Positions 1 to 10,558 of a DNA stretch of 64,000 bases are shown here, piece by piece. The stretch is from Alphaproteobacteria bacterium (GTDB lineage Bacteria; Pseudomonadota; Alphaproteobacteria; GCA-2731375): positions 128,001-192,000 of the forward strand of contig CBDDBZ010000033.1 in assembly GCA_965225945.1 (NCBI GenBank). The letters run 5' to 3'. Positions within the stretch are counted from its first letter, which is position 1; each line of letters begins with the position of its first letter. A program made the position numbers and the translations under genes. The notes under the pieces were generated by a model. It was given only the letters and a program-made list of their open reading frames with translations. It searched no databases and was not told where the DNA came from.

Positions 1-147
1 AACCCGCGACACGCCACGAGAACCCACCGAATGCAAGAGGCGCTGCGTGCCGCCGGCCGCGCCGTGGCGATCGAGCTTCGCTAGCTCTTCCTCGGCCGGA
101 TATCATGCCTATAGGCATGACGGCGCTGGCCGGGACCAGGTTCCGCC

Positions 148-1392
148 TCAACGGATTTCCAGGCCGGTCATGTCGATTGCCGGGGCGCGGCCGGCGATCA
201 GGTCGGCGACGATTCGGGCGGAGCCGTTCGACATGGTCCAGCCGATGTGGCCGTGGCCGGTGTTGTAGTAGAGATTGTCCTGTCGCCCGCGCCCGATATA
301 GGGACAGTTGTCCGGCGTCATCGGCCTGAGGCCCGCCCAATAGTCGGGCTTGTCATAGTCGGCGGCCTCGGGCAGCAGATCGCGCACCGCGCCCAGCATG
401 TGGGTATAGTCGGACGGCTGGTGGCTCTTGTCATGGCCGGCGAACTCGGCCGTGGCGGTGACCCGCAGACGATCACCCATCCGCGTGAAGGCGCAGAGGT
501 TATTTTCGTCGATGCCGTTGATCGCGGGCGGATTGTTGCGCCCGGCGATCGGCAGGGTGACCGAATAGCCCTTGACCGGATAGATCGGCAACCGCAGACC
601 CAAGGGCTTGGAGAAACGCGGGCTGGCGCAGCCCATGGCCACGACATAGGCGTCGGCCACCTCCTCGCCCCGGTCGGTCACCACTTTCTCCACCCGGTCG
701 CGCTCGACCGCGATGTCGGTGACGGTGGTATCGAATTTCACCGTGGCGCCCCGGTCGCGACAGAGCCCGGCCAAGCTTTGCGTGAACTTGTGGCAATCAC
801 CGGTCTCGTCCCCGAGCGCGTGGACGGCGCCGGCGATTTTGTCCTTGGCGGCCGCCAGGGCGGGCTCGACCTCGGCCACCTCGTCAGGCGTGAGGGCGCG
901 CAGATCCTCGCCCAGGTCCGTCAGGATCGCCATCTCCCGGATGCAATTCTCGAACGAGGCGGGATCGCGGTAGAGATAAAGGAAGCCGCCGCCCCGGCGG
1001 TCGTACTCGATGCCGGTCTCGGCCACGACCTCATGCAGCACCGCCTTCGAATAGACGCAGAGCCGGTGCTTGTTCCGAGTATTGCGGCGATAGCGCGCCG
1101 TCGTGCATTGGCCCAGGAATTGCCACGACCAATGCCAGAGCCCCGGGTCCAGGCTGAAGCGGAAACGAAGCGACTGATCGTTCCGCCAGAGCGAACGCAG
1201 CAGCGTCATCGGCGCCTTGGGCGACGACCAGGCATAGGCATGGCCCGGCGCGATGGCGCCCGCGTTGGCGAAACTGGTTTCCTCGCCCGCCGCGCCGAGC
1301 CGCTCCACCAGCGTGACCTCGTGACCGTCGCGAAGCAATTGCCACGCGCTCGTCACGCCGATGACGCCGCCGCCCATCACCAACACTTTCAT
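148..1392 (-). CDS. dadA: D-amino acid dehydrogenase (DAO family FAD oxidoreductase)
   Basis: N-terminal GGGVIG FAD motif, ETSFANAG, PVKGYS, WAGLRPMTPD, NTGHGHIGWT. Confidence 0.85.
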   Translation of the reverse strand: MKVLVMGGGVIGVTSAWQLLRDGHEVTLVERLGAAGEETSFANAGAIAPGHAYAWSSPKAPMTLLRSLWRNDQSLRFRFSLDPGLWHWSWQFLGQCTTARYRRNTRNKHRLCVYSKAVLHEVVAETGIEYDRRGGGFLYLYRDPASFENCIREMAILTDLGEDLRALTPDEVAEVEPALAAAKDKIAGAVHALGDETGDCHKFTQSLAGLCRDRGATVKFDTTVTDIAVERDRVEKVVTDRGEEVADAYVVAMGCASPRFSKPLGLRLPIYPVKGYSVTLPIAGRNNPPAINGIDENNLCAFTRMGDRLRVTATAEFAGHDKSHQPSDYTHMLGAVRDLLPEAADYDKPDYWAGLRPMTPDNCPYIGRGRQDNLYYNTGHGHIGWTMSNGSARIVADLIAGRAPAIDMTGLEIR

Positions 1393-1526
1393 CCCGCTTT
1401 CCCATCGATCGGGCGTGGATTGGGCAGACGTGCGCTTCCCCTCGGCCGAGAATTTGGCCCGCTCGCGCAGCAGGACCCACGCCGACGATGTTTCGGCGTG
1501 GGTCCTCCCCGCGTCGTGTCCGCTCG

Positions 1527-3215
1527 CTACTTGTCGAGCCAGAAGGTATCCATGCGGACCACGTCATAGATGCCGAAATAGTTGTAGGGGTTGTGGCCCT
1601 TGACGTAGTCGTACCAGCCGTCGTTGATCTTCTCCCAAGAGATCGGGAGCAGCGGCGGGTCCTCCTCCATGATCATTTCCGCCTGCCGGATGTAGTCGAG
1701 CCGCTTCGCCGCATCGACCTCGCTGTCGATCTTGCCCAGCAGCGCATTGAACGGATCGTTTTGCCATTGCGAATAATTCTGCGGGCCGCCCTTTCCGTAC
1801 CAGGTGTTGAAGTAGTCCGACGGGTCGATCAGCGTCGAGACGATCGCGCCGATCGATAGATCGAAGTTGCCCGAGTTGGTGTCGTCGAACCACACCGACT
1901 CGACCACCGTGCGCAGGTTGCACTCGATATTGAGGGCCTGTTGCAACATCGCCTGGATCGCTTGCGACCAGAGCTTGAAGCTGGCCACGTCGCGCACGAT
2001 GAAGTCCAGGCCCTTGATGCCGTTGGGATGACCGGCGGCGGCCAGCAGCGCCTTGGCCTCCTTGATCGAGGCCGTGGTATCCGGCTGATAGCCAAGCCGC
2101 TTCACCAGCTCCGGCTTCGGCGTGGCGACGTCCGAGAAGGGATAGACGAAGCCGCCGACCATCATCGGCGCCACGTCCTTGACCACGTCCACCAACACCG
2201 GCCGATCGAATACCAGATGCATGGCGCGGCGTACCCTGGGGTCGTTGAACGGCTCGCGCTTGGCGTTGACCCAAACCGCCTGGATGACGCTTTGGAAGTA
2301 GTCGGTCGCGGTCATGCCGGCGCGCTTGTCGACCTCCTTGCGGGTTACCGGGTCGATCAGCCGGGCGTAGTCGGTGCGACCGGCGAGGAGCGCCGAGCCG
2401 AGCTCGGGCGAGAACGGCAGGCCGTGCAGGAACTCGATGCCGTCGAGGTACGGCAGGCCTTCCATCCAATAGTCCTTGTTCTTCTCCATCACCCAGATTT
2501 CCTGCTCGATCCGCTTGACGCTGCGGAACGGGCCGGTGCCGGGGACGTCCAAGGTCTTGCGCAGGTTGTAGTTGTTGTCCTCCAGCGTCTTCTTGCGCAC
2601 GATGCCGTTCCAGCCGCTGGCGATCGCGCCCATGATGAAGTCGGGTGGGCGTGGCACCGAGAGCTTGAATTCGACCGTGTATTTGTCGCGCACGTTGATC
2701 TCGGCGACCGAGGGGAAGAGCGCGCTGCGCGGAATGGAGATGCCGGCCGGCGGCTTGGTGATACGGTCGAAGGTCGCCTTCACGTCCGCCGCCGTCAGCT
2801 CCGCGCCGTCGGAAAACAGCACGCCCTTGCGCAGGAAGAAGGTCAGGGTCTTGCCGTCCTTGGCGATCTCCCAGCTATGCGCGAGGTCGGGGATGATGGT
2901 CTGGCCACTGTCCACCGGGTTGCGGCGAATCAAATTGTCATACAAACACCCCTGGCTGCCCAGGTTGTTGACCGTGCCGGATTGGTGGAAGTCCAGGTGC
3001 GGCGGGCGCATGGTGATGCCGTAGCGCATGACCCCGCCGGACTTGGGGTTCGGCTCGGGCGCGACGAGCTTGAACTTCGAGCCGTCCATTTCCATCGGTA
3101 CCGCGGCATGGCCCAAGCCCCACGACATCGCGTAGGCGCTTGCCGCGGTCGCGGCGCTGGCCTTCAAAAAGTCGCGTCGGGTCCACCATGGCGTCGAGTG
3201 TCGTCGGCTTGTCAT
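1527..3215 (-). CDS. ABC peptide/nickel-type substrate-binding protein (family 5), Tat-exported
   Basis: TRRDFLK twin-arginine signal; PDLAHSW, GTGPF and PFNDPRVRRA motifs; start taken at MTSRR after a purine-rich RBS. Confidence 0.9.
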   Translation of the reverse strand: MTSRRHSTPWWTRRDFLKASAATAASAYAMSWGLGHAAVPMEMDGSKFKLVAPEPNPKSGGVMRYGITMRPPHLDFHQSGTVNNLGSQGCLYDNLIRRNPVDSGQTIIPDLAHSWEIAKDGKTLTFFLRKGVLFSDGAELTAADVKATFDRITKPPAGISIPRSALFPSVAEINVRDKYTVEFKLSVPRPPDFIMGAIASGWNGIVRKKTLEDNNYNLRKTLDVPGTGPFRSVKRIEQEIWVMEKNKDYWMEGLPYLDGIEFLHGLPFSPELGSALLAGRTDYARLIDPVTRKEVDKRAGMTATDYFQSVIQAVWVNAKREPFNDPRVRRAMHLVFDRPVLVDVVKDVAPMMVGGFVYPFSDVATPKPELVKRLGYQPDTTASIKEAKALLAAAGHPNGIKGLDFIVRDVASFKLWSQAIQAMLQQALNIECNLRTVVESVWFDDTNSGNFDLSIGAIVSTLIDPSDYFNTWYGKGGPQNYSQWQNDPFNALLGKIDSEVDAAKRLDYIRQAEMIMEEDPPLLPISWEKINDGWYDYVKGHNPYNYFGIYDVVRMDTFWLDK

Positions 3216-3348
3216 CTCTCTCTCCTCCCTAACTTTCCAGGCCCCCCGAATTCCAGGCCTTTCCGTGACCGCGGGCTGTATGCTCTGATAGCTCGCCCTC
3301 GAACCCAGGGCCTGGAGAGCACCGTGGCGCGATCTCGGGAGTCGCATC

Positions 3349-4413
3349 TTGAACCAAACAGAGTCTGTTGAACAGGGGGGCGGGAGGCCGGACCCGGGCA
3401 CGGGCACGGGCGAGACGATTCTGGAGATCGATAACCTTCATACTCAATTCTTCACCGAGGACGGCGTCGTGCGGGCGGTGGACGGCGTGTCCTACCAGGT
3501 CAGGAGCGGCGAGACGCTCGGCGTGGTCGGTGAATCGGGCTGCGGCAAGAGCGTGACCGCGCTCTCCATCCTGCGTCTCGTCGCCGATCCGCCCGGCCGC
3601 ATCGTCGAGGGGACCATCCGCTTCGAGGGCACCAACCTGTTGGCTCTGAGCGAGACCGAGATGGAGGCGATCCGCGGCAACGAAATCTCGATGATCTTCC
3701 AAGAGCCGATGACTTCGCTCAATCCGCTGTTCACGGTGGGGCGCCAGATCAGCGAGGCGATCGCGCTCCACCAGGGGCTGTCGCGGAGCGCCGCCATGGA
3801 TCTTGCCGTGGAGATGCTTCGCCGCGTGCATATGCCCGAGCCGGAACGCCGCGTGCTGGCCTATCCCCACCAGCTTTCGGGCGGCATGCGCCAACGGGTG
3901 ATGATCGCCATGGCGATGTCGTGCAACCCGAAGGTTCTGATCGCCGACGAGCCGACGACGGCACTGGACGTCACGATCCAGGCGCAGATACTCGACCTCA
4001 TGCGTGAAATTCAGGACGGTCTCGGCCAGGCGATCATCTTGATCACCCACGACATGGGCGTGGTTGCCGAGCACGCCGACCGGGTGGTGGTGATGTACGC
4101 GGGGCGGAAAGTCGAGGAGGCCGAGGTCGACGAGCTGTTCGATCACCCTGGCCACCCCTACACCATGGGCCTTCTGGGTGCCATTCCGAACCTCGACGAC
4201 GCGGCCCGCGCCGAGACCGGGCGGGTGCGGCTGAACGAGATCAAGGGCATGGTGCCCTCGCTGCTCGACCTGCCGCAGGGCTGCATCTTCGCGCCGCGTT
4301 GCGGCTTCGCCAGTGACCAGTGCCACGCCGCCTATCCGCCGTTGGTCGAGCACCGCCCCGGCCACTGGGTCGCCTGCTGGCACGCCGAGCGCTTGCTGGG
4401 AGACGGCACGTGA
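3349..4413 (+). CDS. Oligopeptide ABC transporter ATPase (OppD/DppD-like)
   Basis: GESGCGKS Walker [17 protein letters not shown]-terminal Cys cluster. Confidence 0.93.
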   Translation: MNQTESVEQGGGRPDPGTGTGETILEIDNLHTQFFTEDGVVRAVDGVSYQVRSGETLGVVGESGCGKSVTALSILRLVADPPGRIVEGTIRFEGTNLLALSETEMEAIRGNEISMIFQEPMTSLNPLFTVGRQISEAIALHQGLSRSAAMDLAVEMLRRVHMPEPERRVLAYPHQLSGGMRQRVMIAMAMSCNPKVLIADEPTTALDVTIQAQILDLMREIQDGLGQAIILITHDMGVVAEHADRVVVMYAGRKVEEAEVDELFDHPGHPYTMGLLGAIPNLDDAARAETGRVRLNEIKGMVPSLLDLPQGCIFAPRCGFASDQCHAAYPPLVEHRPGHWVACWHAERLLGDGT

Positions 4414-5456
4414 GCGCGCCGACGGCCACCGACGTCGCCGACGGCGGCGAGGCGCCCCTGCTCGAGGTCCAGGGCCTGAAGAAGCACTTCCCGATCCACA
4501 AGGGTGTCTTCGGCCGCATGGTCGGGCGGGTCTATGCGGTCGACGGCGTCTCCTTCCACATCAAGCGGGGCGAGACGCTGGGGCTGGTCGGCGAAAGCGG
4601 CTGCGGCAAGTCGACCGTCGGCCGCACCGTGCTGAAACTGCTGGATCCGACCGAGGGCAGGATCAAGGTCAAGGGCGAGGACATCACCGACCTGAACACG
4701 GTGGCGATGATGCCGTTTCGCCAGCAGATGCAGATGATCTTCCAGGATCCTTACGCCTCGCTCAATCCGCGCATGTCGGCCGGCGACATCGTGGGCGAGC
4801 CCCTGCTCATCCACCAGACGGCGACGCGCCAGGAGCGCCGCGAGCAGGTGGCGGCGCTGTTCGAACGGGTGGGGCTGGGGCCACGGCACATGCATTCCTA
4901 TCCGCACGAGTTCTCCGGCGGTCAGCGCCAGCGCATCGGCATCGCCCGGGCACTGGCCCTGAATCCGGAGTTGATCATCGGCGACGAGCCGGTGTCGGCG
5001 CTGGATGTTTCGATCCAGGCGCAGATCATCAACCTGCTGATGGATCTGCAGGAAGAGCTCGAGCTGTCGTATCTCTTCGTCGCCCACGACCTGGCCGTGG
5101 TCGAGCACATAAGCCACCGGATCGCGGTGATGTATCTCGGCAGAATTGTCGAGACCACCGACAAGACCAGCCTCTTCGAGGCGCCGCTACACCCCTATAC
5201 CGAGGCCCTGCTCTCGGCGGTGCCGATCCCGAAGGCACGGGCCCGCGGGCGCAATCGGGTGATTTTGAGCGGCGACGTGCCGAGCCCGATCAACCCGCCG
5301 TCGGGCTGTCACTTCCACTCGCGTTGCCCCTATGCGATGGCGCGCTGTCGGGCCGAAGAGCCGAAATTGCGCGAGATTCTGCCGGGGCACTGGGCCTCCT
5401 GCCACCTGCACGACGGTGGTGCCACCCTCCCCTTGGCCAAACCGACGGCGGCGTAG
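4410..5456 (+). CDS. Oligopeptide ABC transporter ATPase (OppF/DppF-like)
   Basis: [24 protein letters not shown]; GTG start overlaps the upstream TGA. Confidence 0.93.
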   Translation: MSAPTATDVADGGEAPLLEVQGLKKHFPIHKGVFGRMVGRVYAVDGVSFHIKRGETLGLVGESGCGKSTVGRTVLKLLDPTEGRIKVKGEDITDLNTVAMMPFRQQMQMIFQDPYASLNPRMSAGDIVGEPLLIHQTATRQERREQVAALFERVGLGPRHMHSYPHEFSGGQRQRIGIARALALNPELIIGDEPVSALDVSIQAQIINLLMDLQEELELSYLFVAHDLAVVEHISHRIAVMYLGRIVETTDKTSLFEAPLHPYTEALLSAVPIPKARARGRNRVILSGDVPSPINPPSGCHFHSRCPYAMARCRAEEPKLREILPGHWASCHLHDGGATLPLAKPTAA

Positions 5457-5483
5457 CGGCGGCCGGGACTTTCGATTCCGGTC

Positions 5484-6401
5484 TCAAACGGAGCCACGCA
5501 GCCGCGGGTCGAGCATGTCGCGGATGCCGTCGCCCAGCAGATTGAAGGCCAGCACCGTGATGGTGATGGCGAGACCCGGGAACAGCACCAGCCACCACGG
5601 CGGTATGATGCCCGCGTTCAGCGCGTCGGCCAGCATGTTGCCCCACGTCGGGGTCGGTGGCGGGATGCCGACGCCGAGAAAGCCGAGCGAGGCTTCGATG
5701 ATGATCGCGACGCCGAGATGGGTCGTGGCCAGGATCAGGTAAGGCGCCACGCACTGCGGCAGAATGTGGCGCAGCATGATGCGCCAGTGGGAGGCGCCCA
5801 CGCTGCGCGCGGCCTCGACGAAAGCCATCTCCTTCAGGGACAGCACTACGGAGCGGATGACCCGCCCGCCGAAGGGTATTCGCGTGATGGCGATGGCGAT
5901 AATCACCGTCGTGGTGCTGGCGCCGAGCGCCATGGCGATGGCCATCGCCAATATCAAGTCGGGAAAGGCCTGCAGGAACTCGATGATGCGCTGAGAGACG
6001 ATATCGAATCGGCCGCCGAAATAGCCGCTGGCCAGGCCCCAAAAGCAACCCAATGTGGTCCCCAGCAAGACCGCCGCGATGGCTATCGTCAGCGACACGC
6101 GGCTGCCGTGGATGGTGCGGCTGAGCGTATCGCGACCGATCTGGTCGGTGCCGAAATAGTTGATTTCGTCGGGTGCCAACTGCATGCGCCGGAAGTCGGA
6201 TTTCAGCGGATCGAAGGGTGCGATGAGCGGCGCGGTGATGGCCATGACGACGATGGCAATCGCCACCACGCCCCAGAAGGCGGAGAGCGGCGAGCGCCGG
6301 GCGAAGCTCTCGAGCCCGTTCCGCGCTCGCGCCGCCAGCGATCGGGCCGGCCGCGTGGCCCCCGGCGGCAACGCGGTCGTCGTCTCGGGCCGCGTGCTCA
6401 T
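5484..6401 (-). CDS. Peptide ABC permease (OppC/DppC-like)
   Basis: GTDQIGRD, EAARSVGA (EAA loop), LLGDGIRDMLDPR. Confidence 0.92.
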   Translation of the reverse strand: MSTRPETTTALPPGATRPARSLAARARNGLESFARRSPLSAFWGVVAIAIVVMAITAPLIAPFDPLKSDFRRMQLAPDEINYFGTDQIGRDTLSRTIHGSRVSLTIAIAAVLLGTTLGCFWGLASGYFGGRFDIVSQRIIEFLQAFPDLILAMAIAMALGASTTTVIIAIAITRIPFGGRVIRSVVLSLKEMAFVEAARSVGASHWRIMLRHILPQCVAPYLILATTHLGVAIIIEASLGFLGVGIPPPTPTWGNMLADALNAGIIPPWWLVLFPGLAITITVLAFNLLGDGIRDMLDPRLRGSV

Positions 6402-7360
6402 TGAATCCGAATCCTCGGGTCGAGCCAGGCGATGATCAGGTCGACCATGATGTTGAGCAATACGAAAACGATGGAGTACACGAAGACCAAGTTTTGCATC
6501 ACGAAGATGTCGCGCTCCTTCACCGCGTTGAACATCGCATTGCCGAGCCCGGGCGTGCCGAAGGCTCGCTCGATCGGGATCGAGCCCGCCAGCACGAAGC
6601 CGAGCAGGATGCCGGAAAGCGTGATCACCGGCAGCAGCGCGTTCGGCAAGGCATGCAGGCTCACCACCAGCCGCCCGTTCAGGCCCTTGGCGCGTGCCGT
6701 CCTGATGTAGTCCTCGCGGATCACCTCCAGCAAACAGGACCGCGCCATGCGGGCGATGTAGGCCGCCTGCCCCAATGCCAGGACCACCGCCGGGCCGATA
6801 ATCATTTGGAACAGCAACCAGGGCTCTTCGAATATCGAGGCACCGGCGGCGGTCAGCGGCGCGCGATAGCCGAAGCCGAACAAGAGTCCGAGCACGATCA
6901 GCATGCCCAGCCAGAAGCCGGGCACCGCCAGGCAGGTGATGGAAAGGAACCTTCCGACGTTGTCACCGATGCTGTTGGGGCGCAGCGCGCTGACCAGGGC
7001 CACGGGAATGCCGATGATCCAGGACAACACCACCGAGAGCGCGGCGATCTGGGCGGTCAGCGGGCCACGCCGCAGGATCATGTCGCCGACGCTTTCGGCG
7101 CGGAAGAAGGAACGGCCGAAGTCGCCGCGCGCGATGTCGGCCATCCACTTGAAATACTGCACGAGGAGAGGATCCGTCAGGCCCAGCTCCTTCATGTAGC
7201 TTTCGCGCTGCGCTTCGGTCAGCTTGATCATGCCCTCGGGACCGAAAATCGCCGTCAGCGGATCCCCCGGCATGACCCGCATGACCAGGAACACGATAAT
7301 GGACACACCGAAGATGGTGAGGGCACCAAAGGCGAAACGCCGCACGATATAGCTATACAT
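6398..7360 (-). CDS. Peptide ABC permease (OppB/DppB-like)
   Basis: MYSYIVRR start, GDFGRS, DYIRTARAKGL, LDPRIR. Confidence 0.92.
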   Translation of the reverse strand: MYSYIVRRFAFGALTIFGVSIIVFLVMRVMPGDPLTAIFGPEGMIKLTEAQRESYMKELGLTDPLLVQYFKWMADIARGDFGRSFFRAESVGDMILRRGPLTAQIAALSVVLSWIIGIPVALVSALRPNSIGDNVGRFLSITCLAVPGFWLGMLIVLGLLFGFGYRAPLTAAGASIFEEPWLLFQMIIGPAVVLALGQAAYIARMARSCLLEVIREDYIRTARAKGLNGRLVVSLHALPNALLPVITLSGILLGFVLAGSIPIERAFGTPGLGNAMFNAVKERDIFVMQNLVFVYSIVFVLLNIMVDLIIAWLDPRIRIQ

Positions 7361-7623
7361 CGGACACGGGACTGAAAGGCATGAGACTCGAAACCGAGAT
7401 GATCGCCCGGGAGGGGATGAACGGCGGGGAAAGACTGCGACCAGCTCGACGCGGGAGTCAAGCAATCCCGCCAGCTCCGGGGGGCGGCGCGGATCGAGCC
7501 GGGCCGTGGCGCTCGGCCGCGTCGGCGAACTGAGGCGCCGATGGCGAGAGGGAAGCGTCGCGTTCGGGTTTGCGGGCCTCGCTCTGGATCACTACGCTCG
7601 ATCGCCTTGGAAGGAGTCGAACC

Positions 7624-8090
7624 ATGCCGATCACCAAGGGAATCAAACAGCTCGTCGCCGAGGCGGAGGCCGAAATCGAGGTCTGGAGCGTCGAGCAGGC
7701 GATGGCCGCGCACGGCGGCGAGGAGACCGTCTTCGTCGACATTCGCGATGTCCGCGAGCTCTGGCGCGACGGCACGATTCCGGGCGCCCTCCACGCGCCG
7801 CGCGGCATGCTGGAATTTTGGGTCGATCCGGAAAGCCCCTATGCCCGCGAGATTTTTCAGAGCGGCAAACGCTTCGTCTTCTTCTGCGCCGCCAGCCGGC
7901 TTCTTCGGGCGACCCGCCGACCCGGGCGACCCGGGCGACCCGGGCGACCCGGGCGACCCGGGCGACCCGGGCGACCCGGGCGGTGCAGGACATGGGGCTG
8001 GCCCCGGTCTGTCACTTCGAGGGCGGTTTCGGTGCCTGGAAGCAGGCCGGCGGCCAGGTCGAGCCGCGCGAGCCGAAGCCGCGCAATTGA
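7624..8090 (+). pseudogene. Single-domain rhodanese/sulfurtransferase, frameshifted inside a 9-bp tandem repeat
   Basis: N-part FVDIRDVREL...APRGMLEFWVDP...FFCA is in one frame; C-part VQDMGLAPVCHFEGGFGAW is in another. Confidence 0.85.
7911..7981 (+). repeat. VNTR: one 8-bp unit GACCCGCC followed by 7 x GACCCGGGC
   Basis: Read directly from the sequence. Confidence 0.95.
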
Positions 8091-8101
8091 AGCCCGCTCC
8101 C

Positions 8102-8596
8102 ATGACGGCGCGGGAGCGGCGATACGCGTGGATCGAGACGGCGGGCGCGGCCGAGATCGCGGCCGAACTCTCGGGCCTCGAATTCCTCCAGGCCTACCGG
8201 GACGGGCGGGTGCCCGCCTGCTCGATGCAAGCCACGCTCGACTACGAACTGGTGGAGGTCGCGGACGGGCTGGTGATTTTCCGCGGTCGGGCCCGGGATT
8301 TCATGCTCAATCCCTCGGGCACCGTGCACGGTGGCTTCGCCGCCTCGATGCTGGATTCGGCGATGGGCTGCGCCGTGCATTCGACCCTGCCGGCGGGCCG
8401 CAGTTACACCACGCTCGAATTCAAGATCAACCTGGTCCGCCCGCTCAGCGCCGAAGGGGCGGAACTCAGGGCCGAGGGCCGCGTCCTCTACCGGGGACGG
8501 CGCATCGCCACCGCCGAGGGGCGCCTTCTCGACGACGAGGATCGCCTTTACGCCCACGGCACCACGACCTGCCTGGTGTTCGATCTCGAGGGGTGA
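8102..8596 (+). CDS. PaaI family thioesterase
   Basis: NPSGTVHGG...LDSAMGCA, TTLEFKINLVRP. Confidence 0.9.
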   Translation: MTARERRYAWIETAGAAEIAAELSGLEFLQAYRDGRVPACSMQATLDYELVEVADGLVIFRGRARDFMLNPSGTVHGGFAASMLDSAMGCAVHSTLPAGRSYTTLEFKINLVRPLSAEGAELRAEGRVLYRGRRIATAEGRLLDDEDRLYAHGTTTCLVFDLEG

Positions 8597-8880
8597 AACC
8601 GACGCCAAGAGGCGTTCACTTGACGAGCGCGCGCGGTCCGAACGAGGCGTCGATGTTTTCCTCCAGGATCGGGGAGCTCCGGAAGCGGGCGCCATCGCCG
8701 GGTGGACCAGCATCCTCTCCGGGACTGGTGCGACGGTATTTGGCGAGCGCGCCCTCGGCCATCTAAAATCACCTCGCGGTTGGTCGAATTCCGCTCCGGT
8801 CCGTTGAGGCACTCGACCATATCTGTTCCAATCAACGCGCTCGACCGGCACGGTCCGGGATCACAACGGGAAAACGCGAG

Positions 8881-9360
8881 ATGGGACGGAAGCTCGGCAT
8901 CGGCGACGCTTTTCCCGAAATGGCCCTGAACTTGGTCGACGGTAGCACCCTGTCGCTGCCCACTGGCTTGCGGGGCACCTACAACATCGTCCTGTTCTAT
9001 CGCGGCCATTGGTGACCGTACTGCCGCCGGCAGTTGGTCGGTTTTTCCCGTCTGCTCGACGATCTGGTGGCCCTCGACACCACCATCGTCGCCGCCAGCG
9101 TCGACGATACCGACCATGCCCGCGAGGTCGCGGAAAACCTGGGCTTTCCCATCGGCCATGGCGTCTCCCGGGCCGACGCCGAGATCCTCGACGCCTGGTG
9201 GGAGGATCGGCGCGCTATCATCCAGCCTTCGGAGTTCCTGCTGGGCGACGATCACCGCGTGCTCTGTTCCAGCTACAGCGACGGGCCGCTCGGCCGGATG
9301 GAGGCGGCCGACACGGTGCGCACGATCGAATTATTGGAGGCCCGCAAGAAGAACGCCTGA
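8881..9360 (+). CDS. Peroxiredoxin-like (AhpC/TSA) selenoprotein with in-frame UGA in a UxxC motif
   Basis: MGRKLGIGDAFP...VLFYRGHW-TGA(9013-9015)-PYCRRQL...; the frame stays open to 9360. Confidence 0.85.
9014..9039 (+). promoter_or_regulatory. Candidate bacterial SECIS hairpin
   Basis: GACC-gt-ACTGCC-gcc-GGCAGT-t-GGTC stem-loop directly 3' of the UGA. Confidence 0.55.
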
Positions 9361-10248
9361 TCAGCGGCCCTGGCGCGCCAGCCGGGCCTCGCGGTGGGTG
9401 ATGTAGGCGGTCGAGGCGAAGATCACCCCACCGCCGAACCAGGTCCACAGCGTCGGCACCTCGGCGAACACGACGAAGGCGAAGATCGCGACCAGGGGAA
9501 GGCGGACGAATTCCAACGGCTGGATCTGGGTCACTTCCGCGCGCGCGAAGGCCCGGGTGAAGCAGAGATGCCCGAGCGTGCCGGCCGCCGCCAGCAGGAC
9601 CAGCCAAAGCCAGGCCTCGCCGCTCGGCCATTGCCAGACGAAGAGCGCCGGTATCAAGGCCAACGGCGAATGCAGCAGCGCCATGTAGGTGACGATCGCC
9701 GCCGGCTGCTCGGTGCGGGTCAGCGGCTTGAGGATCAACGTCGTCAGCGCGATCGAAAACGCGCCGACGACCGCCAGCATCGCGCCCGGCGAGATCGAAT
9801 CGGCCCCGGGATGCAACACCACCAAGACGCCCACGAAGCCGACGACCAGCGCCGTGATCCGCCGCGCCCGCACGACTTCCCCCAGCACCAGCACCGCGCC
9901 GAGGGTCGCGAACAACGGCGCGGTGAAGCTCAGTGCCGTCACCTCGGCCAGGGGAATGAGGGTGATCGCGGTGAAGCTTGCAGCCATGCCGAGGATGTTG
10001 ATGGCCGCGCGCAAGCCGTAGAGGCCGATGCGTTTCGTCTTCAGGGCCCCGAGGCCGCTTCGCGCCAGCCACGGCAACATCATCAACAGCGCCAGAAAAT
10101 TGCGAAAAAAGACGACCACGAGGGGATCCAGCTCGGCCGTCGAAAGTCGGATGAAGCCGCTCATCGCGGCGAAGCAGGCCATCGCCGCCAGCATGTAGAA
10201 CGTCGCCGCGAGCGGCGCGCGGCGACTTTCGGGTCGGATCACGGGCAC
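9361..10248 (-). CDS. DMT/EamA family transporter
   Basis: About 10 hydrophobic segments in two EamA repeats (FFRN, LGEVV, FAEVPT). Confidence 0.88.
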   Translation of the reverse strand: MPVIRPESRRAPLAATFYMLAAMACFAAMSGFIRLSTAELDPLVVVFFRNFLALLMMLPWLARSGLGALKTKRIGLYGLRAAINILGMAASFTAITLIPLAEVTALSFTAPLFATLGAVLVLGEVVRARRITALVVGFVGVLVVLHPGADSISPGAMLAVVGAFSIALTTLILKPLTRTEQPAAIVTYMALLHSPLALIPALFVWQWPSGEAWLWLVLLAAAGTLGHLCFTRAFARAEVTQIQPLEFVRLPLVAIFAFVVFAEVPTLWTWFGGGVIFASTAYITHREARLARQGR

Positions 10249-10257
10249 GCCCGGAGC

Positions 10258-10544
10258 CTAGTGGATGAAATCCAACATATGGTACCCCTACGACGGTTTC
10301 CCGAGTTCGTCCGGAAAGGCGCCCGGTGCGCCGTGATGCGGGCGCATCACAAGCGCCGGGCAACGCGTCCGGCGGGCTCGGGAAGCCGCCCTTCGGGTCC
10401 CATATCCTGGCTTCTCCCAAATCCTGGCTTCTCGCTGCGTCGGGCACCCTTGACGATGTGCCGGCATCGCCGGCGGGCGCCCTCCTGGCGAGAAACCAGG
10501 ATATGGGATCGTAGGGGTACCGTATGTTGGATTTCATCCACTAG
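10258..10544. mobile_element. MITE with 36-bp terminal inverted repeats (1 mismatch) bounded by CTAG
   Basis: CTAGTGGATGAAATCCAACATATGGTACCCCTACGA ... TCGTAGGGGTACCGTATGTTGGATTTCATCCACTAG; no convincing ORF inside. Confidence 0.85.
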
Positions 10545-10558
10545 CCCGGGCGCCCCTC

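Noticed and set aside
7911-7981. Possible CRISPR array or collagen-like GDP/PGR repeat protein
   Set aside because: There are no spacers; the peptide repeats are alternative frames of a 9-bp VNTR inside a rhodanese gene
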